Virus record (IMG/VR): IMGVR_UViG_3300048599_000435
Location: 1 to 64,000 of that record
Length of the DNA: 64,000 nt
From: a virus
Strand: one strand, 5' to 3'
Shown piece after piece: positions 1-9,491 of this stretch. How positions within the stretch are numbered: the first letter of the stretch is position 1; the number at the start of each line of letters is the position of its first letter. Position numbers and translations under genes: made by a program. A model generated the notes under the pieces. The model saw nothing but the letters and a program-made list of their open reading frames with translations. It did not search any database and was not told the origin of the DNA.

Positions 1-2
1 TG

Positions 3-611
3 ACGCGGGAGGAGCAGCTTCATGCCGGCCTGATGCCGGGACTTCGACTGGTCGGCTGGGACCACGATGTCGTCTGCTACTCGCCGGAAGAGACGTGGCC
101 GAGTGTGACGCGGATCGACGTGACGTTCCGTCGCGGGTTCATCGACCGCATCGCCTGCCCGTTCGACTGGTGGTATGGCGACGGCGGGTTCGGCCGGCAA
201 ATCGTCTCCCGCCACCCCGTGTTGTTCGTCTCCGCCACCGACCGGGTGTGCGACACTAGCGGGTCCATTCAAAGAGACCCGTCGGCACCGGTTTCCGAAG
301 ACGAAATGGAAAGGCGATTTCGGAGAATGGACAGGGCCACGAACTTTCGAGAGATGAACGCCGCGATTGCCGCCGATACCCAGTTCCGTTTGTCCTGGGC
401 CACCTGGCGGTGGACGGCCACGCAGTACGGGATGAGGTGTTGGATGCCGAAGGAGGTCATTCGTCTGATGGACGGTCACTCCGAAGACCACTTCCTGGTG
501 GACGACGACGTGGTCGAATGGAAGAGGTACAGGTCGATGGCTGCCGCCGAGTCGGCCCTGTCGCGGGCACTGATCGCATGGGCGAGGGGGTCGCATGGAC
601 ATGGACACTGA
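3..611 (+). CDS. TIGR02996-family paralog, C-terminal part (5' end upstream of window)
   Basis: Frame is open from the window edge. RRGFIDRIACPFDWW and C-terminal ALSRALIAWAR motifs are shared with the full-length paralogs. Confidence 0.6.
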   Translation, partial: TREEQLHAGLMPGLRLVGWDHDVVCYSPEETWPSVTRIDVTFRRGFIDRIACPFDWWYGDGGFGRQIVSRHPVLFVSATDRVCDTSGSIQRDPSAPVSEDEMERRFRRMDRATNFREMNAAIAADTQFRLSWATWRWTATQYGMRCWMPKEVIRLMDGHSEDHFLVDDDVVEWKRYRSMAAAESALSRALIAWARGSHGHGH

Positions 612-1362
612 CACGCGCGACGCCCTGATGGCGGCGATCCTGGCGAACCCGGAGGCGGACCTGCCGAGGCTCGTGTACGCGGATTTTCTGCAAGAGAACA
701 ATGCCAAGCCGCACACGGAGCGGTTCATCCGGTCGCAGATCGACGGGCAGGTGATGCCTAGTGTGTCGCTCGTCATGCTGATGGATTACGAACCGCTTCT
801 GGGGTGTATGCCCCATCAGACGAAGAGAGTGAGCCGCCCCGGCGAGGCCGTCGTCTCGACACCGAACGGCCTCCAACTTGTCTTCCGCCGTGGGCTTCTC
901 GACGAGGTCCGCTGCACGCTCGGCTGGTGGATGGGAAACCGATGTCCGCACTGCACCGATGGACGGTTCGGATTCCCACCGCCGGACGAGCGGGATTGCC
1001 CTGTGTGTGGCGGCACAGGGTTCACAACCACAGCCAACGGACCGAAAGCCAACGGACCGAAAGTGATGGCCGCCCACCCGGTCACGAAGGTGGTCGTCAA
1101 CTTCCTTACGCCGCAGCACTACTTTCGTCCTTTCTACGACCCGCCGGTGGACGTGTGGGGGTGGCTGCCGAACCGGTCGCCGGCGTTGGCGAATAGCGTC
1201 CACGGGCAGGAGCATTACATTCCGCCAGAGGTCCATGACAGGCTGTCGGGTGGCGAGGTCCGTGGCGATTGGGTCGATTATCCGACGAGGGAGTTGGCGG
1301 TGTCGGCCCTGTCGGACGCCCTGATCCGGTGGGCCAAGGAGTGGAACGATGGCCGAGACTAG
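595..1362 (+). CDS. TIGR02996 domain-containing protein (family paralog)
   Basis: N-terminal DLPRLVYADFLQEN, RRGLLDEVRCTLGWW, CPHC and CPVCGGTG zinc motifs, ANGPK, HPVTKVV, ALSDALIRWAK. Confidence 0.75.
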   Translation: MDMDTDTRDALMAAILANPEADLPRLVYADFLQENNAKPHTERFIRSQIDGQVMPSVSLVMLMDYEPLLGCMPHQTKRVSRPGEAVVSTPNGLQLVFRRGLLDEVRCTLGWWMGNRCPHCTDGRFGFPPPDERDCPVCGGTGFTTTANGPKANGPKVMAAHPVTKVVVNFLTPQHYFRPFYDPPVDVWGWLPNRSPALANSVHGQEHYIPPEVHDRLSGGEVRGDWVDYPTRELAVSALSDALIRWAKEWNDGRD

Positions 1363-1900
1363 CAAGGCATTCGCCCGGCGGGTGCGGGACGGGTTCTTCG
1401 AGAAGTTCGTGCCGCTCGACCGGCCGGGGATCGACATCGGGTGCGGAAACGATCCGATCAACCAGGTGTTCAAGCAGTACGACCACATCTTCGGCTGCGG
1501 CGACGCCACGCATTGCAGCAACCTGCCGGACAACGCTTTCTGGCACGTCCATGTTTCCCACCTGATTGAGCATCTGGCCGACCCGTGGTCCGGGGTTCGC
1601 AACTGGTACAGGATCACGGCACCAGGCGGCTTCCTCTGTATCTTCGCGCCGCATCGCGACCTGTATGAAAAGCGTAAGACGCTGCCAAGTCGGTGGAACG
1701 GCGACCACAAGTGGTTTTTCCTTCCGGACGACGACGAGCCGCCGCACACGCTCGGCCTGCGGAAGTTGATCCGCGAGCAGATCCCGGCCGGCGAGTTGAT
1801 CTACCTGAAAGTTTGCGACGAGGGCTGGGTGGACCTCGGTCCGGACGTGCACAGTTGCGGCGAGTACAGCATCGAGGCGGTTATCAGGAAGCCCAAGTAG
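1349..1900 (+). CDS. class I SAM-dependent methyltransferase
   Basis: Motif I IDIGCGND, then VSHLIEHLADP and ITAPGGFLCIF, as in Methyltransf_11-type enzymes. Confidence 0.7.
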   Translation: MAETSKAFARRVRDGFFEKFVPLDRPGIDIGCGNDPINQVFKQYDHIFGCGDATHCSNLPDNAFWHVHVSHLIEHLADPWSGVRNWYRITAPGGFLCIFAPHRDLYEKRKTLPSRWNGDHKWFFLPDDDEPPHTLGLRKLIREQIPAGELIYLKVCDEGWVDLGPDVHSCGEYSIEAVIRKPK

Positions 1901-1901
1901 C

Positions 1902-2696
1902 ATGGACACCGATGTTTACAACGCCCTGCTCGGGGCGATCATCGACAGCCCGGACGACGACCTGCCACGACTGGTAATGGCCGACTTCTTCGAGGAGTCC
2001 GGCTTTCCGGAGCGAGGGGAATTTATTCGCATCCAGTGTGACGAAAACCTGTTGAAGTGGAAGCGTGATCAGGATGCCACGGACTGCTCGTGGGGCGGCA
2101 CTTGCGACTGCATAGGCCACCGACTGTACCGCCGCGAGTACGCGATGTGGATGGAGTTCGGCAGAGAGTGGTTCGGCGACATGGTGTTGTGTCTGGACTT
2201 CGACGGGTTCGGCGACATGTCACCGCAGGCCGTCGCCCTTCTGGTCGACCGTGGCTTCCCACACACGGCTCGCGGACCCCTAGACTGGTGGGTTGGCGGG
2301 ACGTGTGTCGGCTGTCAGGGGAACGGGTTTCAAACCGTCGGTCGGTTTGATGGTTCGGTCGGTCCGGACAGCGGTCCGTGTCACTGGTGCGGTGGCACCG
2401 GTCGGACGCCGGCGAACGGACCGGAACTGGTGCGAAAATGGCCGCTGACGGCCGTCGTGGCGACCTGCCGGGCACCGCACCAGCATAACGTGGACGGGAT
2501 TTTCTCGTGGTTCCCGACCGAGCGGGCGAGCGGCAAAAACCCGCAGATGGTCCCGGACGACGTGTGGGCACTTATCGCGGGCGGCGAGTACAACCGGGAT
2601 TTGCACGGCGTCTCGTTCCGCGACCGGAAATCGGCCGACAAGGCCCTGTCGGACGCCCTTCTGAAGTGGGCCAGATCCCGGCCAGTAACGGCGTAG
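1902..2696 (+). CDS. TIGR02996 domain-containing protein (family paralog)
   Basis: DDDLPRLVMADFFEESG..EFIRIQC, RGFPHTARGPLDWW, CVGCQGNG and CHWCGGTG, ANGPE, ALSDALLKWAR. Confidence 0.75.
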   Translation: MDTDVYNALLGAIIDSPDDDLPRLVMADFFEESGFPERGEFIRIQCDENLLKWKRDQDATDCSWGGTCDCIGHRLYRREYAMWMEFGREWFGDMVLCLDFDGFGDMSPQAVALLVDRGFPHTARGPLDWWVGGTCVGCQGNGFQTVGRFDGSVGPDSGPCHWCGGTGRTPANGPELVRKWPLTAVVATCRAPHQHNVDGIFSWFPTERASGKNPQMVPDDVWALIAGGEYNRDLHGVSFRDRKSADKALSDALLKWARSRPVTA

Positions 2697-2730
2697 GACG
2701 GATGATTCGGCCTCCGAAGAGGCCGCCGGA

Positions 2731-3327
2731 ATGCCGTCCACCACCACGCAGACCATGTACGCCAGGTTCAGAAGGGCGTACGCGACCAACGTCGTCCTCA
2801 CGTCGTACGTCGACCGCATCGACCTGTCCGTCTCGGCGTTCGAGGCGCTGTTGGCCACCAACTCGGCCGATGGCATCCAGGACACGACCAACGGGTACAT
2901 GCGGCTGGACCCGAAGAAAGAGGAAGAGTGTCCGGACCTGATCAAGGTCAAGTTCTACGGCACGAACGGGGACAACGACACCGGCGGGTGCCGGTTCTAC
3001 GGCGTGTCCCTGTGCGAGGGCGGGTTGTTGGACGGGACGGTGGTCAAGTCGTACACGCACGTCCTTCTCGGCGACTACACGTTCGTCCTGTCGGACAACC
3101 TGACCGGGGTGGCCGACGGGGTGGTGACGGCGACCGAGTACTACGCGGACACGATCGCGGCGGTGACGGACGCGGCCAACGTGTCGGACATGATCATCTC
3201 GCCGACCGGCGACGCGCCGGCGCACCTGTGCCTGGACGTGAAGGGGTTCAAGTACATCCTGGTCGAGCCGATCTGCACCGGTGCTCAGGCGGCGACCGGG
3301 GTGAACGTCCTCGTGGCGGGGTACTGA
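2731..3327 (+). CDS. hypothetical protein (possibly virion-associated)
   Basis: 198-aa ORF of balanced composition directly upstream of the tail-fibre-like genes. Confidence 0.55.
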   Translation: MPSTTTQTMYARFRRAYATNVVLTSYVDRIDLSVSAFEALLATNSADGIQDTTNGYMRLDPKKEEECPDLIKVKFYGTNGDNDTGGCRFYGVSLCEGGLLDGTVVKSYTHVLLGDYTFVLSDNLTGVADGVVTATEYYADTIAAVTDAANVSDMIISPTGDAPAHLCLDVKGFKYILVEPICTGAQAATGVNVLVAGY

Positions 3328-3328
3328 A

Positions 3329-3496
3329 GTGCTCCGCAAACGGATCAACCGAATCCTGAGAATCTGTCGGATGGGCCGCGTGGCCGGCGGTGCGCCGACG
3401 CCGGGGCCGCCGTCCGGCAGCGGCCTGCTGTTGGAGGGGGCGGCCGTCGCCTTCCTCCTGCTCGAAGACGGTTCCTTCCTGCTGCTGGAGGGCTGA
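3329..3496 (+). CDS. small hypothetical protein with LLLEG/LLLEDG repeats
   Basis: Not in the ORF track (under 60 aa). GTG at 3329, or ATG at 3371. Ends GSGLLLEGAAVAFLLLEDGSFLLLEG, and its stop lies 1 nt before the next ATG. Confidence 0.3.
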   Translation: MLRKRINRILRICRMGRVAGGAPTPGPPSGSGLLLEGAAVAFLLLEDGSFLLLEG

Positions 3497-3497
3497 G

Positions 3498-4499
3498 ATG
3501 CCCGACTCGAAGCTGTCCGGCCTGACGGCCCTGACGGCCGCCGGCGTGGCCGCCATCGACCTGATGCTCGTCTCGGACATGAGCGTCCCAGAGTCGAAAA
3601 AGATGACTATGGACACGGTCCTCGACGGCCTGCTGCGGGTGGCGGCGGCGGCCGACTGCGTGCTGACGGTGGACGCCACGAACGGCAAGCTGGTCGTCCG
3701 GCAGCGTGGCGGCACTCCTGGCACGGACGAGTTGCAGATCAGCCACGACGGGACTGTTGGGATCGTTGAATGCAAGGAAGGATTCTTGTCCATCCGTTCG
3801 CCGGGTACTGACAACACAAATTGTGTGAACATCCAAACGGCGGCGGGAAATGCGGTTGGTGCAGTGGTCGTTGGGCTGGGTAATAGCGGCGGCGTGGCTT
3901 TATCCGCATTCGGGGCTGCGCCGGCGAACGGTATCGATCTGGGAGCGGACGCCGTCGTCGCCTGGGGTCCGGGTAGTCCACTAAGTGGCACCCAAGACAC
4001 GGCAATGATCCGCAAGGCCGCGAACGTCGCCGGCATGGATACGGGCGACTGGTTCCAGCAGACGGGTCGCAGCCGCGTCAACACCGCCTCGCCCGTCACG
4101 AACGCGACGGACACGATGGCGGCGATCACGGGCCTGTCCGCGACGCTCATCGCCGGCCGCAAGTACGCCGGGACGCTCACGCTTTTCGTGAGTACGGATC
4201 AGGCGGCAGAGGGCGTCAAGTTCGACTTCGACGGTGGGGCGGGGACCATGACCGCCTTCAACGCGGCCGTCACGTCCAACGTGCAGGGGGCGACGGCGGG
4301 TGTCACGGTCTCGGCCGCACTCGCCACGGACATCACCTTCACCGCCTTGAACGGCACCGGCGTCAACTGCTTCGTCATCTCGTTCGACCTTGTGTGCAAC
4401 GCGGCTGGCACGTTCATCCCCCGCTTCAGTCAGGTCGCTCACGCCAGCGGCACCGCGACCATCGTGGCCGCTAATCTCTCGCTCGACGATTATCCGTAA
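3498..4499 (+). CDS. tail fibre-like protein
   Basis: Trimmed to the ATG at 3498. N-terminus MPDSKLSGLTALTAAGVAAIDLMLVSDMSVPESKKMTMDTV resembles phage fibre N-termini; the rest is Gly/Ala/Thr-rich. Confidence 0.6.
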   Translation: MPDSKLSGLTALTAAGVAAIDLMLVSDMSVPESKKMTMDTVLDGLLRVAAAADCVLTVDATNGKLVVRQRGGTPGTDELQISHDGTVGIVECKEGFLSIRSPGTDNTNCVNIQTAAGNAVGAVVVGLGNSGGVALSAFGAAPANGIDLGADAVVAWGPGSPLSGTQDTAMIRKAANVAGMDTGDWFQQTGRSRVNTASPVTNATDTMAAITGLSATLIAGRKYAGTLTLFVSTDQAAEGVKFDFDGGAGTMTAFNAAVTSNVQGATAGVTVSAALATDITFTALNGTGVNCFVISFDLVCNAAGTFIPRFSQVAHASGTATIVAANLSLDDYP

Positions 4500-4513
4500 C
4501 TCCAAGGACTTTT

Positions 4514-6073
4514 ATGACCGAAACCGAACTGCGTGACGCTCTGGCTGTGACAACGCCCGGCCTCTATGGGCCGACGGGTCCGCCGGTGTATCTGCCGGCG
4601 GGGACGATTTACCTAACCCAACCGCTGGTGATCTCGAACCGCGCCCACTGCAAGCTGGTTGGTGCTGGGCGGTTTGCCACGCAGATCGTCGGCACCGTCG
4701 TGTTCGAGCAGTGCCTGGAATGCCACGTCGAAGGGATGACGATCAACGGTGCCGGCGGCGAGGTGGGGCTGTCGATCCGAAACGCGGCGACGCCCCCGAA
4801 CTGGCCGATCAGCAGCGACAACCGGATCAAGGACGTGTCCGTGGTTAACGCGGTCAACGGCATCTTCATCGACAGCCGTTTGCGAGATGCGAATAACGAG
4901 TTCCACCTGTTTGAGAATGTGCAGGTGTCCAACTGCGTGGAGGCCGGGTTCAGGATCTGGGGCAGCCAGTGTCACCGGATTCAGTTCCGCCGGTGTAACG
5001 CGATGTCGTGCAAGTGGGGTCTGTACGCCGAACGGGGGAACTACTGGCACTGGACGGACGGGCAATGTACCGGCAACGACGTGGATTTCGTGGTCGGGTC
5101 GTTCTGGGTGGAGACGTTGATTGACCGGCACCGGAGTGAGGGCAGTAAGTCGCTGTACCTGACGTCGGGCGAGTGGAGTCCGATGAGCGTGACGTTCCGC
5201 AACATCACCTGGGATGGGTTGCCGGTGCCGGGCGGGGCGGACACGGTGAACGTCCAGAGCAACGGGCCGATCCGGTTCGAGTCGGTGCAGTTGAGCGGCA
5301 CCAACGGCGTCACCCCGTCCGTGACCGTGTTCGACCACGACCCCGGATCGGTGGACATTGCTGGCCTGACGATCACGACATATTCTCCGCCCGAGAACGA
5401 CACCAAGCAGAAGCCGGTGCGGGTCGCCGGGCACCTGCAATTGCGGGAGTTCGGCGTCAGCGAGCGGATTCTGCCCATCGGTGGTGGCAACATCGAGCGG
5501 CAGATTATCATTCGGCCGCCCGACGACGTGATGCGAGGTCGCATTCCGCTGGTCGTGCCGCGAGAGTCGTACGCTTACGGCTACTACTACGACCGCGTGC
5601 CGAGTCCGTTGCCGCTGGCCGCGACGCAGGGAAGTCGGTCGTTCGCGGTGGCGTTCACAGTGACGTTCGACGCGGTGACGCACAACCACCACATGCTCGT
5701 GGCGAACGGGGTCGGCTTCCGCATCTTGAACTACCCGGACAAGTGGCAGTGGCGGGCCGAGTGGACGGGTGGGTCGATTGACGACCCGACGGTTGAAGCC
5801 GGCGTGCCGTACCGGGTGGCGGTGTCCATCGACCGCGACACGAGATCCGGACTGTTCCGGGTCGGGGCGACCGTGATTCCGACGGACATCCAGGCGTTCG
5901 GCACGCAGCAGGACATCGACAACTCGCTCCGCACGTCCGACTGGTCCTGGGCTACGGAACTGTGGAGCGTCGGCTCGCAGGGCAACCCCGGCGGCGGTCG
6001 GTTCGCGGGGTCGATCACGGACGCCTACTGCTGGGACCGCTCGTTGTCGGCCGAGGAAATTGCCGTGGCGTGA
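4514..6073 (+). CDS. tailspike/receptor-binding-like protein (beta-helix plus LamG-like C-terminal domain)
   Basis: Pectate-lyase-like N-terminal repeats (LPAGTIYLTQPLVISN..). C-terminus FAGSITDAYCWDRSLSAEEIA is typical of LamG/concanavalin-like domains. Confidence 0.6.
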   Translation: MTETELRDALAVTTPGLYGPTGPPVYLPAGTIYLTQPLVISNRAHCKLVGAGRFATQIVGTVVFEQCLECHVEGMTINGAGGEVGLSIRNAATPPNWPISSDNRIKDVSVVNAVNGIFIDSRLRDANNEFHLFENVQVSNCVEAGFRIWGSQCHRIQFRRCNAMSCKWGLYAERGNYWHWTDGQCTGNDVDFVVGSFWVETLIDRHRSEGSKSLYLTSGEWSPMSVTFRNITWDGLPVPGGADTVNVQSNGPIRFESVQLSGTNGVTPSVTVFDHDPGSVDIAGLTITTYSPPENDTKQKPVRVAGHLQLREFGVSERILPIGGGNIERQIIIRPPDDVMRGRIPLVVPRESYAYGYYYDRVPSPLPLAATQGSRSFAVAFTVTFDAVTHNHHMLVANGVGFRILNYPDKWQWRAEWTGGSIDDPTVEAGVPYRVAVSIDRDTRSGLFRVGATVIPTDIQAFGTQQDIDNSLRTSDWSWATELWSVGSQGNPGGGRFAGSITDAYCWDRSLSAEEIAVA

Positions 6074-6178
6074 ACCGGGTCCACACCGCGAGCCGTCGTC
6101 GGGAGTGTTGACGGACCTTCCGGCGGCGACAAACGGCTTGCCCTCGTCCGGTCGCGAGAGTGGGGACGACCGGGAGAG

Positions 6179-6207
6179 CCGACTGGGTAACACCGGTCGG
6201 TTTTTTT
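6179..6207 (+). terminator. rho-independent terminator after the tailspike-like gene
   Basis: CCGACTGG..CCGGTCGG hairpin followed by a T7 run. Confidence 0.6.
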
Positions 6208-6217
6208 CTGTGTTCTC

Positions 6218-6247
6218 TTGACGGAACCGGTAGCAGTTCTCTAATAT
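6218..6247 (+). promoter_or_regulatory. sigma70-like promoter
   Basis: TTGACG, 18-nt spacer, TAATAT. Confidence 0.45.
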
Positions 6248-6253
6248 GACAAA

Positions 6254-6439
6254 GCAAAGTCAACGGCGGGAGTAGCTACCCGACGGTCGGCCTGAAATCG
6301 TCATTCTGGGAGTTGAGGCCCAGAGTGGGGGAAGTAAGGCCGACAGACCTTGCTTCCTTCGTCGGCCTCAACCCCAATGACTCACAAACTACTACGCCCG
6401 CTGCACTCCGTTTGGGACGCAGCGGGCGTTTTCGTTTTC
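6254..6439 (+). ncRNA. candidate ~185-nt structured small RNA
   Basis: Lies between the promoter at 6218 and the terminator at 6395. No convincing ORF. The 3' strand GTCGGCCTCAAC can pair with either of two upstream segments. Confidence 0.35.
6395..6439 (+). terminator. rho-independent terminator
   Basis: Perfect 10-bp stem CGCCCGCTGC/GCAGCGGGCG, then TTTTCGTTTTC. Confidence 0.6.
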
Positions 6440-6551
6440 GGAGGTCGTCATGCCTAGGCGACCGAAGTGGGTGAGAAGGTACAGGAAGAAGCTGAAGGTC
6501 GAAAGGCGAGGTGATACGGCGGAAGATCGCCCGTAAGAGGGGTGATGGCGA

Positions 6552-7517
6552 ATGAAAGTCCGTCACGGCATTCCGTGCGTTCCGCGAACGGTCGCCAAGA
6601 GGGAATACCTCCGGCGTCGGGCGGCGGCGCGCCTGCCGGGACAGTCGAACTCGGCCAACAGCCGACTCTACAAGTTGTGCGAGCGGCTGCCGGACGATCA
6701 GGTCCGGGAGGCCGTGCTGCGGTCGATGCCGAGCAGGTCGATGCCGCTGTCGAAGTGCGTCCGGCGGCTGGCTCGGTCGCTCAAGTGTATCGACCGGACG
6801 GTCGCGGCGGGCGACTACGCGGCCGTCGTATCGGAGTGGCTGAAGGTGGCCTGTCCGGGCGGCGCGGTAGGCGTCTGGCCGCAGTTCGTCCGTGCCTACG
6901 AAGACGCGGACGGGAACAGCCCGAGGAGTTTTGTCGTTCCCATCAGCGCGCAGATCGAGAAGGAGGGGTTGACGGGTGAATCGGCGGTCTGCCGGGCGGC
7001 GCATCTGATGGCCCGTCGGTTCGGCCGGCGGGTGTACATCTCGGCGCGCGTCATGGCGGAATGCACGGGCCTTTCCAAAAGTGCCTGTGCGGCGTGGTTC
7101 AACCGGTTGCTGAAGAGGAACGTGATTCGGCTGGTCGTGAAGGGCGAGGCGTCTCCGTTCGACCGGCTAGCGACGGTGTTCGACGTGTCCGGCCTGTTTT
7201 CCGTCGGCGACGCGGCGGCCGAGAAGGCCGGCGGGGAGCGAGACGGGTCTTCCCGAGCCACCGACGCGGACATCCGGTCGGCTTCACCATTCAATGGACC
7301 TCATCGACCCGAGCCAGCGATGCCGGAAGTAGACGTTCGGCAGAAGCAGGAAAGGCATTTAGGTATTACCTGTGTCCAGCCTCTAGGAAACAAGGGAAAT
7401 GAACCTCCTGACGACGGCCCGGACTGGTCACTTCCGATGACTCCGGGACAGCAGGCGGCGATGGACGCGAGGGAAAAGAGGCTGGAGATGATGAAAGAAA
7501 CATCGGACCCGTGGTGA
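6552..7517 (+). CDS. putative winged-helix/HTH DNA-binding protein
   Basis: 321 aa with G/C-rich third codon positions. ISARVMAECTGLSKSACAAWFNRLLKRNVIRLV looks like an HTH. Confidence 0.55.
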   Translation: MKVRHGIPCVPRTVAKREYLRRRAAARLPGQSNSANSRLYKLCERLPDDQVREAVLRSMPSRSMPLSKCVRRLARSLKCIDRTVAAGDYAAVVSEWLKVACPGGAVGVWPQFVRAYEDADGNSPRSFVVPISAQIEKEGLTGESAVCRAAHLMARRFGRRVYISARVMAECTGLSKSACAAWFNRLLKRNVIRLVVKGEASPFDRLATVFDVSGLFSVGDAAAEKAGGERDGSSRATDADIRSASPFNGPHRPEPAMPEVDVRQKQERHLGITCVQPLGNKGNEPPDDGPDWSLPMTPGQQAAMDAREKRLEMMKETSDPW

Positions 7518-7575
7518 GTGTCGGGTGAGCCTGTGCGGTCATTTCGTGGAGGGGAGTAGCCGGTAGTCTGAGTCC

Positions 7576-8316
7576 ATGCGATCCAACCTCCCCACAGCAT
7601 TGTCAATCTATGCCCAGTGGGGAGCAATTTGCACCCAGTATTTATACTATCGCGCCTACCCAAACCCAAACCAAGACGGTAGTCCCGGCACGCTGCCCAA
7701 CTTGACGGGTGCCACGTTCGTCGCGTCGCTTCTTGACATGTTCGACGGGTCGGTGTCGGCGGTGCCGAACCTGGCGAGTTATCTGACCGGCGGCACGGGC
7801 GGAACGGTCACTCTTTCAATTCCTGCCTCCATAGTTAATGCGATCCCGGCTGGGACGTACCGCTACAAAATCGCTATGGCGTACGGCAGCGTGCCGTTGT
7901 CGCCGACGTGGGACGGACCATTCCTCGTAAACGGGTTGGCCCCGACCGTGATCATTCTGCCACCGGGCGTCGGCGGTGCCACGACCGACAATCCGGGCTT
8001 CGGGGTCCAGATCACCGAAGAGGTGGTCGAGGATGGTGTGCACCCGCTGATCACCTGGAACCCGACGCCGTTCTACCTGACCGAGATGCGGCTGTTGCAG
8101 ACGGCATCCGGCTCGGTGACGGTGACGGTCAATCAGAACGGGACGGCGATCCCTGGGTGGACGAACATCGTGGCGACGACGACGCCTCAGACGGTCGCGC
8201 CGACGACTTCGCCGGTGCTGGTGACGGTCGGGGACAGCCTTTCCGTAACATATTCGGCCAACTCGGCGGCCCTGAGCCTGCAAGCGACTCTCTCCGGCTC
8301 TGCCTATTCGGGCTGA
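7576..8316 (+). CDS. hypothetical protein (fibre/structural-like, Thr/Ser/Gly-rich)
   Basis: 246-aa ORF of plausible composition, with beta-rich Thr/Val repeats. Confidence 0.55.
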   Translation: MRSNLPTALSIYAQWGAICTQYLYYRAYPNPNQDGSPGTLPNLTGATFVASLLDMFDGSVSAVPNLASYLTGGTGGTVTLSIPASIVNAIPAGTYRYKIAMAYGSVPLSPTWDGPFLVNGLAPTVIILPPGVGGATTDNPGFGVQITEEVVEDGVHPLITWNPTPFYLTEMRLLQTASGSVTVTVNQNGTAIPGWTNIVATTTPQTVAPTTSPVLVTVGDSLSVTYSANSAALSLQATLSGSAYSG

Positions 8317-8377
8317 GTCGGCGTTGGGGACATAATATCGCCTCCCGGACACGTTTTCCGTTCCGACTGAGGCGCAG

Positions 8378-8467
8378 ATGGCCCTGACGACCGGAACTTT
8401 GACGGTCGCCAACGGCTCCGTGACGCTTGTCAAGCGGCCCGAGGCGGCCCGAGGAGGGCTTTCTTAA
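8378..8467 (+). CDS. 29-aa ORF (possible fibre N-terminal remnant)
   Basis: MALTTGTLTVANGSVTLV.. Its TAA overlaps the next ATG (TAATG). Confidence 0.25.
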   Translation: MALTTGTLTVANGSVTLVKRPEAARGGLS

Positions 8468-8946
8468 TGAACAACACCGACAACGGGGCGATCACGGAGG
8501 GCGGTGTGTGGGGCGGTGTCGCCGCCGCGATGGGCGGTGCCGTCCGCGCCATTCAGTCCCCTTCCGTTACCAAGCGGCAGTTCTGGACGACGGTGGTGAC
8601 GGCGACGTTTTTCGGGGTGGTGACCGGCTTCATCGTTATGTGGCTGTACTCGGACCGGGTGCCGCCGCACCTGGCCGCGTGTGCCGGGGCGGGGGTGGGC
8701 CTGTTCGTGTCTGAACTGATGAAGCTGCTGATGAAGGTTATGCAACGGGCGAGCGACCGATTGATCGACGGCGTGGACGCGAGACTGGACGCGGCCGGTT
8801 GGAAGGCGAACTCGCAGACCAAGACGGACATCAAATCGGATGTTAAACCGAGTCCGTCTGCGGTTTTGCAGGTTCCGCCGCCGCCGGCCGGAGGTGCAAA
8901 TGGATCCGACCCCACCGGACCGACCGACCGACCCGTCCGGCAGTGA
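8467..8946 (+). CDS. holin-like membrane protein
   Basis: Two or three predicted transmembrane helices (TTVVTATFFGVVTGFIVMWLY, ACAGAGVGLFVSELMKLLM) and a charged tail. Confidence 0.5.
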   Translation: MNNTDNGAITEGGVWGGVAAAMGGAVRAIQSPSVTKRQFWTTVVTATFFGVVTGFIVMWLYSDRVPPHLAACAGAGVGLFVSELMKLLMKVMQRASDRLIDGVDARLDAAGWKANSQTKTDIKSDVKPSPSAVLQVPPPPAGGANGSDPTGPTDRPVRQ

Positions 8947-9109
8947 CGGGTGGGGCGACCCGTCCAAGTTCCTGCTGGCGATGTTCCTTTGGGTGTCGGC
9001 GATGGTGGGGACGTGGCAGGGGTGCGAGGCGAGGCACGACCGGCGGCGGATCGACGAGCAGTTGCGGGAGATCAAGGCGCTCATCGAGGCGAAGCAGAGT
9101 TCAAAATGA
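8900..9109 (+). CDS. small single-pass membrane protein
   Basis: Trimmed to the ATG at 8900, preceded by GGAGG. Transmembrane segment FLLAMFLWVSAMVGTW, then a coiled C-terminus. Confidence 0.45.
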   Translation: MDPTPPDRPTDPSGSDGWGDPSKFLLAMFLWVSAMVGTWQGCEARHDRRRIDEQLREIKALIEAKQSSK

Positions 9110-9491
9110 CGGCCCCCGGCACGCGGCTGATCCGCCGCTTGGCGTCGCTTCGGAAGGCGGCGTGCCCTTCAACGATGAACGGGGCGGTGTCCTTCCACTC
9201 CGGCGGTTTGGTGAAGTGGATTTCGTAGTATGGTGGCCCGGCGGGCGGTGAGGTCGGGTGGTACAGCCAGACGAGCGGGTCGGATGTCGGCGTGGGGCGG
9301 TGGGTGAAGGCGACGGACACGAGGTGCGGTTTGGCCCCGGCGGCGACGGCCTTGGGCAGGTCGTACACGGGCCAGGCGACGGCCTTCTCGGCCCCGGCGG
9401 CGGGACGGCCAGGTTGGAAGTCGGTTGTCATCAGGGCACCGATGAACACGACACACACGGCGAGGGACAGTCGATGAAGCCAGCGGACCAT
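9081..9491 (-). CDS. secreted or membrane-anchored hypothetical protein
   Basis: N-terminal signal/anchor LSLAVCVVFIGALM. Third codon positions are G/C-rich when read codon by codon. Confidence 0.6.
   Translation of the reverse strand: MVRWLHRLSLAVCVVFIGALMTTDFQPGRPAAGAEKAVAWPVYDLPKAVAAGAKPHLVSVAFTHRPTPTSDPLVWLYHPTSPPAGPPYYEIHFTKPPEWKDTAPFIVEGHAAFRSDAKRRISRVPGAVILNSASPR

Noticed and set aside
457-1749. 430-aa minus-strand ORF, and similar long ORFs in the track: 1106..1909(-), 2280..2951(-), 3248..4180(-), 4613..6193(-), 6276..7004(-), 10412..11788(-).
   Set aside because: They are Arg/Pro/Gly/His-rich and of low complexity, and they run antisense to genes with clear motifs. These are typical high-GC shadow ORFs.
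2708-2725. Strong hairpin CGGCCTC-CGAA-GAGGCCG between genes 1902..2696 and 2731..3327, considered as a terminator.
   Set aside because: No U-tract follows, and the next ATG is 5 nt downstream. It is more likely an RNA-stability or coupling element, and too uncertain to call.
6449-6535. 28-aa basic ORF (MPRRPKWVRRYRKKLKVERRGDTAEDRP) just after the sRNA terminator.
   Set aside because: No RBS, and the composition is that of a chance ORF. It may simply be the leader of gene 6552.
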